Below, in pieces: positions 20,836-31,653 of a stretch of DNA of 63,148 nt. Below the pieces are notes generated by a model. The model saw only the letters and a program-made list of their open reading frames with translations, ran no database searches and was not told the DNA's origin. A program made the translations under genes and the position numbers. The stretch is from an uncultured Eubacteriales bacterium (GTDB lineage: Bacteria; Acidobacteriota; Aminicenantia; Aminicenantales; Saccharicenantaceae), in NCBI GenBank assembly GCA_964652895.1, contig CAZZCH010000007.1, positions 1 through 63,148 of the forward strand. The letters are read 5' to 3'. Position 1 is the first letter of the stretch. Every line of letters begins with the position of its first letter.

Positions 20836-21756
20836 TCAGTCGAAGAAATCCAATCCCCGTCCACGCGACGCCATGTTCGCGATTTCCCGCGAAGGGATAT
20901 CGAGCTCCAGGCGGACGGTCTTCCCCTCCATTTTAACCTGGAGACCATCGACAAGGAAAGCGGGGACCGCCCCGGGTCCATCCCCCTCTCCGAGCCGGGC
21001 CAGGGCGATGAGTCCCTGGGCGATATCGACCATGTTCTTGGCGTTCTCGGGGGAATCCGCGGTGACCTGGATCCGGACCTGGAGATTGTCCTGTCTTTCC
21101 TGGGCCAGGAAGGACATCAGACCGGCTTTTTCGACGAACTTGGACTGCCTGACTTCCTGGCCCAGCCCGGCCAAGTTTTCGACGACCCCGCTGAGGAAAG
21201 TGCCCGAGGAGACATCCTTGAACGACGCGGCCAGCTTGGACGCGGCGAAGTTCTTCGCCTTGCCGGCGGCCGTATCCAGGACCTTCTCGATGGCCTGGCG
21301 ACTCTCGGAGAAGACGATCAGGCCGTCGTTGATGAAGGCGCCGAACTCGTCGCCGCCCGTCGAGTAAAGGGTGTAGGCGCCGTAGGCCGTTTCCGTGTGA
21401 TCTTCAGCGAGGTCGAGCAGGGTCAGGATGCGCGCTTTGTCGAATTTCCCCGCCACGGCGAAGACAGCCTGCTTGGCTCCGGGCTCGAGCCCGAAGATCG
21501 TCAGGCCGGTGATGTCCTTGGGCACATCGATCTTGAACCACCGGTTGAGGTCCCGGCTCTTGATATCGAACTTGCCGTCTTTATTCAGGTATTCGTAGAG
21601 CTTGGTGGCGGTGAACTTTTCCATATCCAGGTGGGCCACCCAGCGGGCACCGTCGGGGATGACCGACGTCGGCAGGGTCCCGGGCCAGGCGGGGACGACG
21701 AGGATGAGGGCCGCCAGGGCCAGGATCGTGATCAACAGAATGGATTTCTTGAACAT
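20836..21756 (-). CDS. Secreted hypothetical protein, first gene of the ECF operon
   Basis: AAGGAG RBS, signal peptide, host-like codon usage. Confidence 0.75.
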   Translation of the reverse strand: MFKKSILLITILALAALILVVPAWPGTLPTSVIPDGARWVAHLDMEKFTATKLYEYLNKDGKFDIKSRDLNRWFKIDVPKDITGLTIFGLEPGAKQAVFAVAGKFDKARILTLLDLAEDHTETAYGAYTLYSTGGDEFGAFINDGLIVFSESRQAIEKVLDTAAGKAKNFAASKLAASFKDVSSGTFLSGVVENLAGLGQEVRQSKFVEKAGLMSFLAQERQDNLQVRIQVTADSPENAKNMVDIAQGLIALARLGEGDGPGAVPAFLVDGLQVKMEGKTVRLELDIPSREIANMASRGRGLDFFD

Positions 21757-21793
21757 CCGTGACTCCTTTGCGTGTGATCCGTTCGCCCTGTAA

Positions 21794-21819
21794 TACGCCG
21801 CCGTAGCCCGGATGTTTCA
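21794..21819 (-). promoter_or_regulatory. ECF-type promoter
   Basis: TGAAAC-N16-CGTA on the minus strand (SigW-like consensus), upstream of the operon containing the ECF sigma. Confidence 0.7.
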
Positions 21820-21829
21820 CTCCCGCCCA

Positions 21830-24427
21830 TTAAAAATCGAGCCTGAGCGTCTCCCCCTCCTTGACGGTTTTCGGTTGTTTGAAGGTCCGCGGCCGGGCGT
21901 CCCCCAGTTTGAACGACTTAAGGGAAAGGCCGCCGTGGAGGACGGCGAGTTCGGCCGTCTTGCCGCCGCCCCCGACCCGGCAGGTTCCCCAGGCCCAGCC
22001 GTTCGACCAAAAGAACGTTCCGTCACCCGCGCCGAAAGTCATCGCCTTTTCCACGCCGTTCCAGTCGAAGCCCGTCATGGCCGGCACGGCCGCCCAGCTG
22101 GCCATGGGCCGGGCGTAGTGGTGGCCGCATTCGGCTTCGTCAAAGGGGCTGCGTTTCTTCCCGTCATAACGCGCCCGGATGTCCCGAATGACCTTCAAGC
22201 CATCTTCCCGATTCCCCTCGTAGAGCATCCCGACGGCGGCCGCGTATTCGAAGCCGGTCATGACCTCGGTGAAATACGGGAACGGGTTCTTCGGGCGGCC
22301 CTTCGGGTAGCTGGCCATGAGGAGCGCCGTCTCGTCGCCCAGGACGAACGACCGCAGGCAGTTGAAGTGGTCGGCGAAACCGTCCTGCGTGTTGTACTTC
22401 ACGATGCTCCGGAGCGTCGTCTTGACATGGGCGGCGTCGACGAGATAGCCCAGCCCGCAGACGTGGGCCATGAACTGGCCGACGAGTTGGTCGACGAGGC
22501 ATCCTTCGCCAAGTTGATAATCCGGTTCGGTGATGTCCTTGGCGCCCATGTCGAGCCGCAGGCTCGGGGCCACGTCTTCGACACTCCGCGGCGGACGGAC
22601 GTGGTGCTCGTAATATTCGCCGTTGAACAAGTTCGCGTCCGTCCAGGCGCGGCCCTTGTCGAAAAGCTCCCGGCAGAGTTTGGCAAAGGGCTTGTCTCCG
22701 ACCCTCCTGGACATTTCCTCGGCGGCCCGGAGCGCGCCCAGGTACCAAAGCTCCATCTGCGGGTTCGGGCCGTAGTATTCGACGTCCATGGTGTTGTGCT
22801 GACAGCCCTCCATGACGCCGTCCCGGTCGGCGTCCCAGCCGCCCTGAATCCAGGCGAACGAGAGAGCCCGCTTGACCGCCGGCCAGAGCTTGCCGAGCCA
22901 GGCGTCGTCGCCGGACATCTTCCAGTCGCGGTAGGCCTTCATGATGCAGCCCATCTGGCCGTCGGCGGCGGCTTTGCCGTATTCACGGGCCCGGTCGATC
23001 GGCAGGCGCACCCGGAAGCTCATCAGGCCCTGGGCGTCCGTCGCCTCGAGAAATTCCGTCTCGCGCATGGAGCGGGAGAGCTGGCCGAAAAGAAAAGCAG
23101 TGGCCTGTTCGTAGTTCCAAACGTGCGTGCACGACCCGAAGCAGCAGCCGGCCTGGTTGCTCGATCCTTCGAAACCGAAAAACCGGCCGTCCGGCGTCCG
23201 GAAGCAGGTCTGCGTCCGGAGAGTGCTTAGGTTGAAGAGGGCCGCCTCCTTGACCTCGTCCGGAAGCGTGCTCGTCGCGAAGGCGCGGACGAACTCGACC
23301 GTCCGGGCCTCGAGCCCGGCCGACCGGGACGCGAAATCCTCGGCCGCGGCCCAGGCGTCGCTCCACTTCGTCGTGTAATAGTTGCCGATGAGGTCGTCCG
23401 GCGTCCCCTTGGGCGACCACGTCCGCCGATTGGGGAAGTGCCACGCGAGGAGAAACGTCGTTTCGGCGCTGCCGTTGGCGGGGACGTCCAGTTCCACGGT
23501 CAGCGACCCGAACGGCATGTCCTCCCCCGTTTCGGGACGCGGGTCGAGCATCCCGTCGGCCGAGAAATCATCCCAAAAATCGAGGAGCGGCGTCCCCCAT
23601 CCCGCGGCGAGCCAAGCGGTCCGGCTCGTGCCGATGGTCCCCGCGGGGGCAGCGAGGGCGATCGACCCGAAGGCCTCGTCCTTGGGGTCGACGCCGGCCG
23701 AGGACATGAAGATGCCGCGCAGGCCCGCGGTTGCCCGGAACTCGTTCTTGTTCGTCTTGGGGCCGGTCGTGACCGGGTCGCTTTTCCAGTCCTGGCCAAG
23801 CTTCGATCCGTCGGCGCCGATGAAGTTGGGAAGAGTGCCGCAAACGGAGACCCGGAAGGCCCGGCCGGTTTTGTTGATGATCACGTAGCGGAGGACGGCC
23901 ACGGGCATCCCGCTCGCTTCGGCATCGCCCGGGACAAGGGGGTTCCAGGCCTCGAGGCGGACGTCCACGGGAGAGGCGGGGTCGGAGAGGAGGACCTGGC
24001 CGAGCGGGTAGGCGGCGGCGAAGGCGGCCTCGCGGAAACGGGGCAGGCCGTGGTTCACGGCCGTCGATCCGTGGGAGGCTTCGTAAGCGTAGAGCGGCAG
24101 CGGGCCCTCGAGAGCCCGGGTGAACGATGAGTCCCCGGACGAGACGCGGATGGCGAAGAACGGCCCGAGCTGCTGCCCGACGAACGGAGTATAGCCCTTG
24201 GCCGGCCGGTTCATGATCTCCCAGTCGACGAGGTTGCCCCGGCCGCCGAGGCTAACCGTGCCCGTGCCGATACCGCCGAGGGGCAGGACGATCTTGTCGA
24301 TATGGTCCCGATCATAGGTCCTGAGGACGGGCCAGTCCGGCCGCCAGCCGTCCGCGGCCGAAACCGCGATTACGAGCACAGAGATGAAGAAAGCCGCGAT
24401 TACGAACCGACCGATCAAGCGTCTCAT
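21830..24427 (-). CDS. GH116 beta-glucosidase/glucosylceramidase
   Basis: LPLGGIGTG, FEG...CCFGSCTHVWNY, AADGQMG, HNTMDVE, EAECGHHYAR; signal peptide. Confidence 0.9.
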   Translation of the reverse strand: MRRLIGRFVIAAFFISVLVIAVSAADGWRPDWPVLRTYDRDHIDKIVLPLGGIGTGTVSLGGRGNLVDWEIMNRPAKGYTPFVGQQLGPFFAIRVSSGDSSFTRALEGPLPLYAYEASHGSTAVNHGLPRFREAAFAAAYPLGQVLLSDPASPVDVRLEAWNPLVPGDAEASGMPVAVLRYVIINKTGRAFRVSVCGTLPNFIGADGSKLGQDWKSDPVTTGPKTNKNEFRATAGLRGIFMSSAGVDPKDEAFGSIALAAPAGTIGTSRTAWLAAGWGTPLLDFWDDFSADGMLDPRPETGEDMPFGSLTVELDVPANGSAETTFLLAWHFPNRRTWSPKGTPDDLIGNYYTTKWSDAWAAAEDFASRSAGLEARTVEFVRAFATSTLPDEVKEAALFNLSTLRTQTCFRTPDGRFFGFEGSSNQAGCCFGSCTHVWNYEQATAFLFGQLSRSMRETEFLEATDAQGLMSFRVRLPIDRAREYGKAAADGQMGCIMKAYRDWKMSGDDAWLGKLWPAVKRALSFAWIQGGWDADRDGVMEGCQHNTMDVEYYGPNPQMELWYLGALRAAEEMSRRVGDKPFAKLCRELFDKGRAWTDANLFNGEYYEHHVRPPRSVEDVAPSLRLDMGAKDITEPDYQLGEGCLVDQLVGQFMAHVCGLGYLVDAAHVKTTLRSIVKYNTQDGFADHFNCLRSFVLGDETALLMASYPKGRPKNPFPYFTEVMTGFEYAAAVGMLYEGNREDGLKVIRDIRARYDGKKRSPFDEAECGHHYARPMASWAAVPAMTGFDWNGVEKAMTFGAGDGTFFWSNGWAWGTCRVGGGGKTAELAVLHGGLSLKSFKLGDARPRTFKQPKTVKEGETLRLDF

Positions 24428-24471
24428 GGGCGCCTCCTTGAAAAAGCACTCCCGGTATTTTCGCGATATGC

Positions 24472-25950
<1,479 letters not shown>

Positions 25951-25951
25951 G

Positions 25952-26776
25952 TCAGACCCTCGGGACGACCCAGTCGAGGACGTCCTTGAAAACCTTTTCC
26001 CGGCCGAGATCGATGGACAGCGCATGGAGCATGTCCGGGTACTCGAGGATCGTCTTGTCGGCAAGCGTAAGTTTATTGAACATTTTCCGGCCGGCCTTCT
26101 CATCGACGAGAAGGTCGACCCCCGGGATGAGGAAGAGCGTTGGGACGGCGAGCTTTTTGGCGAGCTTGCCCGACCCGGCCTGCTCGGGCAGAAAATTGAA
26201 CAGGCACTTCAGGCTGGCCACGCGGATCTCGTCCGGACTCGCGTTCATGACCGGAAGATAGTCCGGATCGCGGCTGACCATATCCGAGGAGAAAGGCAGG
26301 TCGACCAGCATGGCCGGCTTGATGAGGAGGAAAGCCGCGAGCTTGAGATAGACGCTGAAAGGGAACTTCATGCCGTTCTTGAAGGCCGGGGCGATCAGGA
26401 CTTGGCCGGCGAACTTGTCGGCGTTTTGGCAGGCCAGGTTGAAGGCGAGCAGGCCGCCCATGCTCTCGCCGAGCAGGAAGACTTTTCGGCCCGGAAAGTC
26501 CTTCCCGATGGTGTCCCGCAGGTCCAGGATGTCCCGGTCCCAGACGCGGAAGGAGTCGATATGGCCCCGGGGCCGCTGCGGCGTCCGGCCGAAGCCGCGG
26601 AGCTCGACGGCGTAGGAGGCGAAGCCGCGTTCGGCGAAATGACCAGCTAGAAAATTCCAGCGGGCCGAGTGGGCGCCGAGGCCATGGACGAGGAGAAATA
26701 CGGCTTTGGGGGACGCGGGCGACGGAGAGGCGTCCCACCGGCGAAAGAGCACGTTGGTTCCTTGGAGTTCGGGCAT
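25952..26776 (-). CDS. Alpha/beta hydrolase (lysophospholipase/monoacylglycerol lipase)
   Basis: LVHGLGAHS, GESMGG nucleophile elbow, D and H of the triad; coupled to glpK. Confidence 0.88.
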   Translation of the reverse strand: MPELQGTNVLFRRWDASPSPASPKAVFLLVHGLGAHSARWNFLAGHFAERGFASYAVELRGFGRTPQRPRGHIDSFRVWDRDILDLRDTIGKDFPGRKVFLLGESMGGLLAFNLACQNADKFAGQVLIAPAFKNGMKFPFSVYLKLAAFLLIKPAMLVDLPFSSDMVSRDPDYLPVMNASPDEIRVASLKCLFNFLPEQAGSGKLAKKLAVPTLFLIPGVDLLVDEKAGRKMFNKLTLADKTILEYPDMLHALSIDLGREKVFKDVLDWVVPRV

Positions 26777-26900
26777 GGCCGGATTATAACAGAGCGGAGT
26801 CGTCCGGCGGAAGCGGGACTCCCCAAGCGAGCATTCGGAACACTTGAACGGGCAGGGCTTTCTCTGTATGATAAGGGCAATTCTAGAACAAGGAGGCTTG

Positions 26901-27095
26901 GTGGCCAGAGGAAAAAGAGCATTTAAGAGCGAAAAAAGAGGCAAAGAGCTGAGGCGCCTCAAAAAACAGGAAGAAAAGCGGTTGAGACGCCTGGGAAAAT
27001 TAGCCCCGCCAGACGGAGAATCCCAGGCACTGACGCCGGACGAGGCCCCGGCGGCGCCGCCCGGTCCGGACGATCCCGCCAGGGAAGCGTCCTGA
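26901..27095 (+). CDS. Small basic hypothetical protein (64 aa)
   Basis: AGGAGG RBS before GTG; K/R-rich helix and acidic/Pro tail; followed by a terminator. Confidence 0.65.
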   Translation: MARGKRAFKSEKRGKELRRLKKQEEKRLRRLGKLAPPDGESQALTPDEAPAAPPGPDDPAREAS

Positions 27096-27133
27096 GGCCC
27101 TTTTCGAACGAAAAAGACTATTTCATTTCGGCC

Positions 27134-27154
27134 AAAACCCCGCTCAGGGGTTTT
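27134..27154. terminator. Intrinsic terminator-like hairpin
   Basis: AAAACCCC-GCTCA-GGGGTTTT. Confidence 0.55.
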
Positions 27155-27186
27155 CTCTGGCGCATGAAACCTCCTCTCAGGGTCCG

Positions 27187-28506
27187 ATGACGCCGTCTGC
27201 CCGCCCGGCGAGAGCATTCCTGCAGGGAGCTGTCCTTTTTATCACGGCCCTGCCGTTTCTCTGGGGACAACAGCCCGTCCGGACGCTCTTCAAGGATATG
27301 CCTCCTTCAGATCCTCGAAGAGAGGTCATCCAGGCTGTCCTCGACTCGCCGATCGATTTCCTGCGGGCCCGATTCCCGGGCCGGGAATGGGCCGAGGGGG
27401 GATATTGCGCCGCCTGGGACCGAGCCCGCCGGTACTTCCCCGCGAGCGTCTATTACGTCAAGCCCGGGACCTACTTCATGACCCACGGCTTCGGCCCCGA
27501 CGGCCGGATGTTCATGGAGATCCACGCATCGGCCTATCTCTCGCTCGGCGTTGAAAACCGCCGGACCTTCACGGACGGCTCGATCGTCGCCGAGTACGGA
27601 CGGATGCTCGACGCGGCCGGCGGGGGCGAAGCCGCGGTCTTCCGGGAGAAGACGGGAAGGCTCGAATCCTATTTTCGCGACGCGGCTTCGAAAAAACGTC
27701 TCCGGAAGAGCCTTGGCGAAGCCCTCTACTCCCACCTCCTCGAGGGGCTCCGCGAAGAGAACGCCCATATGTTCGAGGGCGGGCTGATGCACGAGGGCAT
27801 ACACGCCGGCATGGACGGCGAAGAACTCGTGGCCCGGATCCAGGCCGATTTCAAGGGAGGCGGGCTCAACGTTCAATGGGACGAACTTCGGGCCTTCATG
27901 GCCGAAGCCGTATTCCACGGATCATTTGGCCGCTGGGCCGCAGACGACATCGCCGCCGGCGGGGACGAGGTCGAGGCCCGGCTCGAGATGCTCGAGACGC
28001 TGAGGAAAACACCCCGGCTTGTCAGATCGCCGGATAGAGAGAAGTTCGAAAGAGCGGCGGCCGGGATAGGGGCCGTCACGGCCCTCGCCCGGCTGCGCAT
28101 GCGGGAGCTCTGGCAGTCCGCCCAACGCATGCAGGGGCTTGTCAACAATTTCGAAAAGGATTACCTCAAGCCCGATCCGCCGCCCGATGTCGACGGCCTC
28201 ATCACGAAACTCGCCGGAGAAATCGCCGGTTTCGTCGGCGATGCCGGGGAAAGCATCCAGCGGACCGAGCTTGCGCTCCGACGCCTCGAAGAGGTCCTGG
28301 GACAGTGGGACGAATGGGCGGCCGGCCTTCGCCCCTTCCCTCCGCCGGTGACGGACTCCAAGGATGTTATGGCCAGGCTCGGGCAGACGAACTGGCCGGC
28401 GCCTCCCTCGGCCGACGCCGATCGCCTCAAGAAAATGGCGGAACGGGAGCTCGCCAGGGTCCGGGGATCCCTCCCCTCCGGAAAAGACAGGCCTGGCACG
28501 AATTAG
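27187..28506 (+). CDS. Secreted hypothetical protein with HExxH motif
   Basis: Signal-like N-terminus; MHEGIHAG with downstream DELRAF; helical C-terminus. Confidence 0.65.
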   Translation: MTPSARPARAFLQGAVLFITALPFLWGQQPVRTLFKDMPPSDPRREVIQAVLDSPIDFLRARFPGREWAEGGYCAAWDRARRYFPASVYYVKPGTYFMTHGFGPDGRMFMEIHASAYLSLGVENRRTFTDGSIVAEYGRMLDAAGGGEAAVFREKTGRLESYFRDAASKKRLRKSLGEALYSHLLEGLREENAHMFEGGLMHEGIHAGMDGEELVARIQADFKGGGLNVQWDELRAFMAEAVFHGSFGRWAADDIAAGGDEVEARLEMLETLRKTPRLVRSPDREKFERAAAGIGAVTALARLRMRELWQSAQRMQGLVNNFEKDYLKPDPPPDVDGLITKLAGEIAGFVGDAGESIQRTELALRRLEEVLGQWDEWAAGLRPFPPPVTDSKDVMARLGQTNWPAPPSADADRLKKMAERELARVRGSLPSGKDRPGTN

Positions 28507-28532
28507 AGCCAGCCCTCGCCGTAATTTTCCCC

Positions 28533-28561
28533 TTGACAAAGCCTTTCATGAATAATATATT
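28533..28561 (+). promoter_or_regulatory. Sigma70 promoter
   Basis: TTGACA-17-TATATT upstream of the MerR gene. Confidence 0.7.
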
Positions 28562-28615
28562 CCTATACGTTCATGTTGTATTTATTTAATTCCTCTTTGA
28601 ACGCATAGGTACATT

Positions 28616-29338
28616 ATGAATAAGGATCTGCTCACTCTCGACGACCTGGCCCGCAGGGCCGGCGTTTCTTCGGACCGCCTCGCCGAATGGACCAAAGCCA
28701 AGCTCCTCAAGCCCGACGGCTTCGGCGACGGGAAGGTCCCCCTCTTCTCCGCCGGCAGCCTCGACCGCGTCGCCCACGTCCTGAGGCTCGCCGACCTGGG
28801 CTATGGAACCGAGGAGGTCCTCAAGATCATCAAAAAGGTCGGTTTGCCCCGGGACGGGCGCGGCCGCAAGCCGGCCCCGGACAAGGGCCGCTTCCTCACG
28901 GTCGGGAACCTGGCCGAGCGGTCCGGCGTCAGCCCGAGGACGATCAAACACTGGGAGGACAAGGGCATCATCGAGCCCGACATGCGGACGGAGGGCGGCT
29001 TCCGGCTCTATCCGGAATCCTACGTTTTCCTCTGCCAGCTCATCCGCGACCTCCAGCTCTTCGGCTACACGCTCGAGGAGGTCAAGTCGGTGTCGGACGA
29101 CGTCCGGACGCTCCTGGCCATCGAGGCCGACCTCGAATCCTCCCCCCGGGCCGAGGTGGAGAAAAAGCTCGAAGCCATGCTCGAGGCCATCCAGGCCCTC
29201 TTCGACAAGATGAAACTGCTCGAAGAAGGCATCGAACGCTGGGCGGACCTCCTCAAGAAAAAGAGAAAGGACATCCGGGCCCTCAAAGCCAAGAACCAGA
29301 AACGGGGCAAGGCCGCCAAGGAGGCGAGCGATGGCTAA
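28616..29338 (+). CDS. MerR-family regulator with tandem MerR HTH domains
   Basis: LTLDDLARRAGVS and LTVGNLAERSGVSPRTIKHWEDKGII...GGFRLY. Confidence 0.88.
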   Translation: MNKDLLTLDDLARRAGVSSDRLAEWTKAKLLKPDGFGDGKVPLFSAGSLDRVAHVLRLADLGYGTEEVLKIIKKVGLPRDGRGRKPAPDKGRFLTVGNLAERSGVSPRTIKHWEDKGIIEPDMRTEGGFRLYPESYVFLCQLIRDLQLFGYTLEEVKSVSDDVRTLLAIEADLESSPRAEVEKKLEAMLEAIQALFDKMKLLEEGIERWADLLKKKRKDIRALKAKNQKRGKAAKEASDG

Positions 29339-30770
29339 GATCGTTTTCATCGAGCCGCAGGCGCCGAACCTGCACATCTTTTCCCAATTCCCCCTGCCCC
29401 GCCTGGGGACGCTCATCCTGGGGACGATCATGAAACGGCGCGGTTTCGAGGTCGAGGTTTTCGTCGAGGATTTCCGGAAGATCGATTTCGATGTCGTCGC
29501 CTCGGCCGACCTCGTCGGCATCTCGACCATCACCTCGACCGCGCCGCGGGCCTACGCCATCGCCGACCGGGTCCGGGCGATGGGCATCCCCGTCCTCATG
29601 GGCGGGCCCCACGTGACCTACCTGACCGAGGAGGCCCTGGAGCACGCCGACTTCGTCGTCCGGGGAGAGGGCGAGGCGGCCCTCGCGGCCTTCATCGACG
29701 CCCGGGAGCGCGGCCAGGGCTTCGACGAAGTCCCGAGCCTTTCCTTCAAGGACGCTACGGGAAAGGTCGTCCACAATCCGATGGCGCCCCGGGCCGTGGA
29801 CCTCGACCGCATCCCCTTCCCCGACTTCACCCTTCTCCGGCCCGACGCGAACGACACGAAACACATGCCGTCCATCCCCGTCTTGACGTCGCGCGGGTGC
29901 CCCTTCGACTGTTCCTTCTGCTCCGTGACCGGCATGTTCGGCCGGAAATACCGTTTTCGCTCGACCGAGAATATCATCGAAGAGCTCCGCCTTTACAGCG
30001 ACCGGAAGGCCCTCATTTTTTTCTACGACGACAACTTCGCGGCCGACCCGAAGCGGACCCGCGACCTGTGCGAAGCCATGATCCGGGAGAAGTTCAGGTT
30101 CAAGTGGACGACCCAGGTCCGGGCCGACATCGCCCGCGACCCGGATCTCGTCCGGCTCATGAAGAAGTCCGGGTGCCACACCGTCTATATCGGCTTCGAA
30201 TCCGTCAACCCGGACAGCCTCGTGGGCATGAAGAAGAGCCAGACCGTGGCCGAGATCGCCCGCGCCGTCAAGGTCTTCCGCCGCTGCCGGATCCACATCC
30301 ACGGCATGTTCGTGCTCGGCTTCGACGAGGACGATTGGAAATCGGTCCGCAAGACGGTCCGGTTCGCCAAGAAGGCCCGCCTGACGTCGACCCAGTTCCT
30401 CATCCTGACCCCCCTTCCCGGCTCCGCTTTCTATGACCGGATCGCTTCGGAGAACCGGATCCGTTTCCACGACTGGGCCCTCTACGACGCCCATCACGCC
30501 GTCTTCCAACCGGCGCGTTTCTCTCTCCCCGACCTCCAGAAAGCGCAGATCTTCGCCCACCGGAAGTTCTATTCGCTGAAGGAGACGGTCCGGAAAATCG
30601 CCGCCGGCCAGTGGCTCGGCGTCGCCATCGCCCACTACGCCCGGAACCTCAACCGGACCTGGAAGCGCCGCAACCGGACGTTCCTCCGGGTCGTCAAGCT
30701 CCTCAAGCCCCGGCCGGGCGCCCGGGGCAGGGTTTCCGTGGACTACCACGAGGACATCAACCTCGAATAA
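29331..30770 (+). CDS. B12-binding radical SAM enzyme
   Basis: N-terminal cobalamin domain (GGPHVT, VVRGEGE); SRGCPFDCSFC; YDDNF; IGFES. Confidence 0.92.
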   Translation: MAKIVFIEPQAPNLHIFSQFPLPRLGTLILGTIMKRRGFEVEVFVEDFRKIDFDVVASADLVGISTITSTAPRAYAIADRVRAMGIPVLMGGPHVTYLTEEALEHADFVVRGEGEAALAAFIDARERGQGFDEVPSLSFKDATGKVVHNPMAPRAVDLDRIPFPDFTLLRPDANDTKHMPSIPVLTSRGCPFDCSFCSVTGMFGRKYRFRSTENIIEELRLYSDRKALIFFYDDNFAADPKRTRDLCEAMIREKFRFKWTTQVRADIARDPDLVRLMKKSGCHTVYIGFESVNPDSLVGMKKSQTVAEIARAVKVFRRCRIHIHGMFVLGFDEDDWKSVRKTVRFAKKARLTSTQFLILTPLPGSAFYDRIASENRIRFHDWALYDAHHAVFQPARFSLPDLQKAQIFAHRKFYSLKETVRKIAAGQWLGVAIAHYARNLNRTWKRRNRTFLRVVKLLKPRPGARGRVSVDYHEDINLE

Positions 30771-30930
30771 TCAACCCATTCGTCTCCTCGGCCTTAAGCC
30801 CGGGGGTATGCGCGGGGTTAATACTGAGCGGCGCTTGGCGCCGGCGAACGTATCGGTAAACCGTTTACATCTCCCTGCGTATTCCATAGAATACGTCCGT
30901 CATTTATTACGTCACTCTAGGGAGTCGACC

Positions 30931-31653
30931 ATGGAAAATGTCCTGACCGTCAGAGGATTGAAAAAATCCTACGGAAAACAGATGGCTTTGGCGGGCATCG
31001 ATTTCGAGGTCCGTCCGGGAGAGGTGTTCGCCCTGATCGGCCCGAACGGCGCCGGCAAGACGACGACGCTGAGAATCATCGCCACGCTTCTCACGCCCGG
31101 CGAAGGAACGATCACCTTCCTCGACCACGACCTCCGTAAGGACCCGGACTTCGTCCGGGAGAAGATCAGCTATCTTCCGGAGGAAGCCGGGGCTTACAAA
31201 AACATGAAGGGCCTGGACTACCTCCACTTCATGGCCGCCTTCTACGCCCGGACGCCTGAGGAGGAGAAGGCCTTCGTCGACCGCGCCGTCGAGATCACGG
31301 AGCTCGGCGCCAGGCTGAAAACAAAGGTCGGAACGTACAGCAAGGGCATGACCCGGAAGATCCTGTTGGCCCGGGCCCTGATGACCAAGCCCGTCCTGTC
31401 CATCCTCGACGAGCCGACCTCCGGCCTCGACGTCCTCAACGCCCTGGAGGTCCGGGAGATCGTCCGGCGCTACGTCAAAGAGGGGACGTCCGTCCTCCTC
31501 TCCTCCCATAACATGCTCGAGATCGAGTTCCTCTCCGACCGGGTGGCCCTGATCGACAAGGGCCGCATCCTCGATTCCGGGACGCCCCACGAGTTGAAAG
31601 AAAAATACCAGGCCAAGAACCTGGAAGAAGTCTTCAGGAGTTCCCTCCGATGA
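30931..31653 (+). CDS. ABC exporter ATP-binding subunit (NatA-like)
   Basis: GPNGAGKTT, YSKGM, LDEPTSGLD, SSH. Confidence 0.93.
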   Translation: MENVLTVRGLKKSYGKQMALAGIDFEVRPGEVFALIGPNGAGKTTTLRIIATLLTPGEGTITFLDHDLRKDPDFVREKISYLPEEAGAYKNMKGLDYLHFMAAFYARTPEEEKAFVDRAVEITELGARLKTKVGTYSKGMTRKILLARALMTKPVLSILDEPTSGLDVLNALEVREIVRRYVKEGTSVLLSSHNMLEIEFLSDRVALIDKGRILDSGTPHELKEKYQAKNLEEVFRSSLR

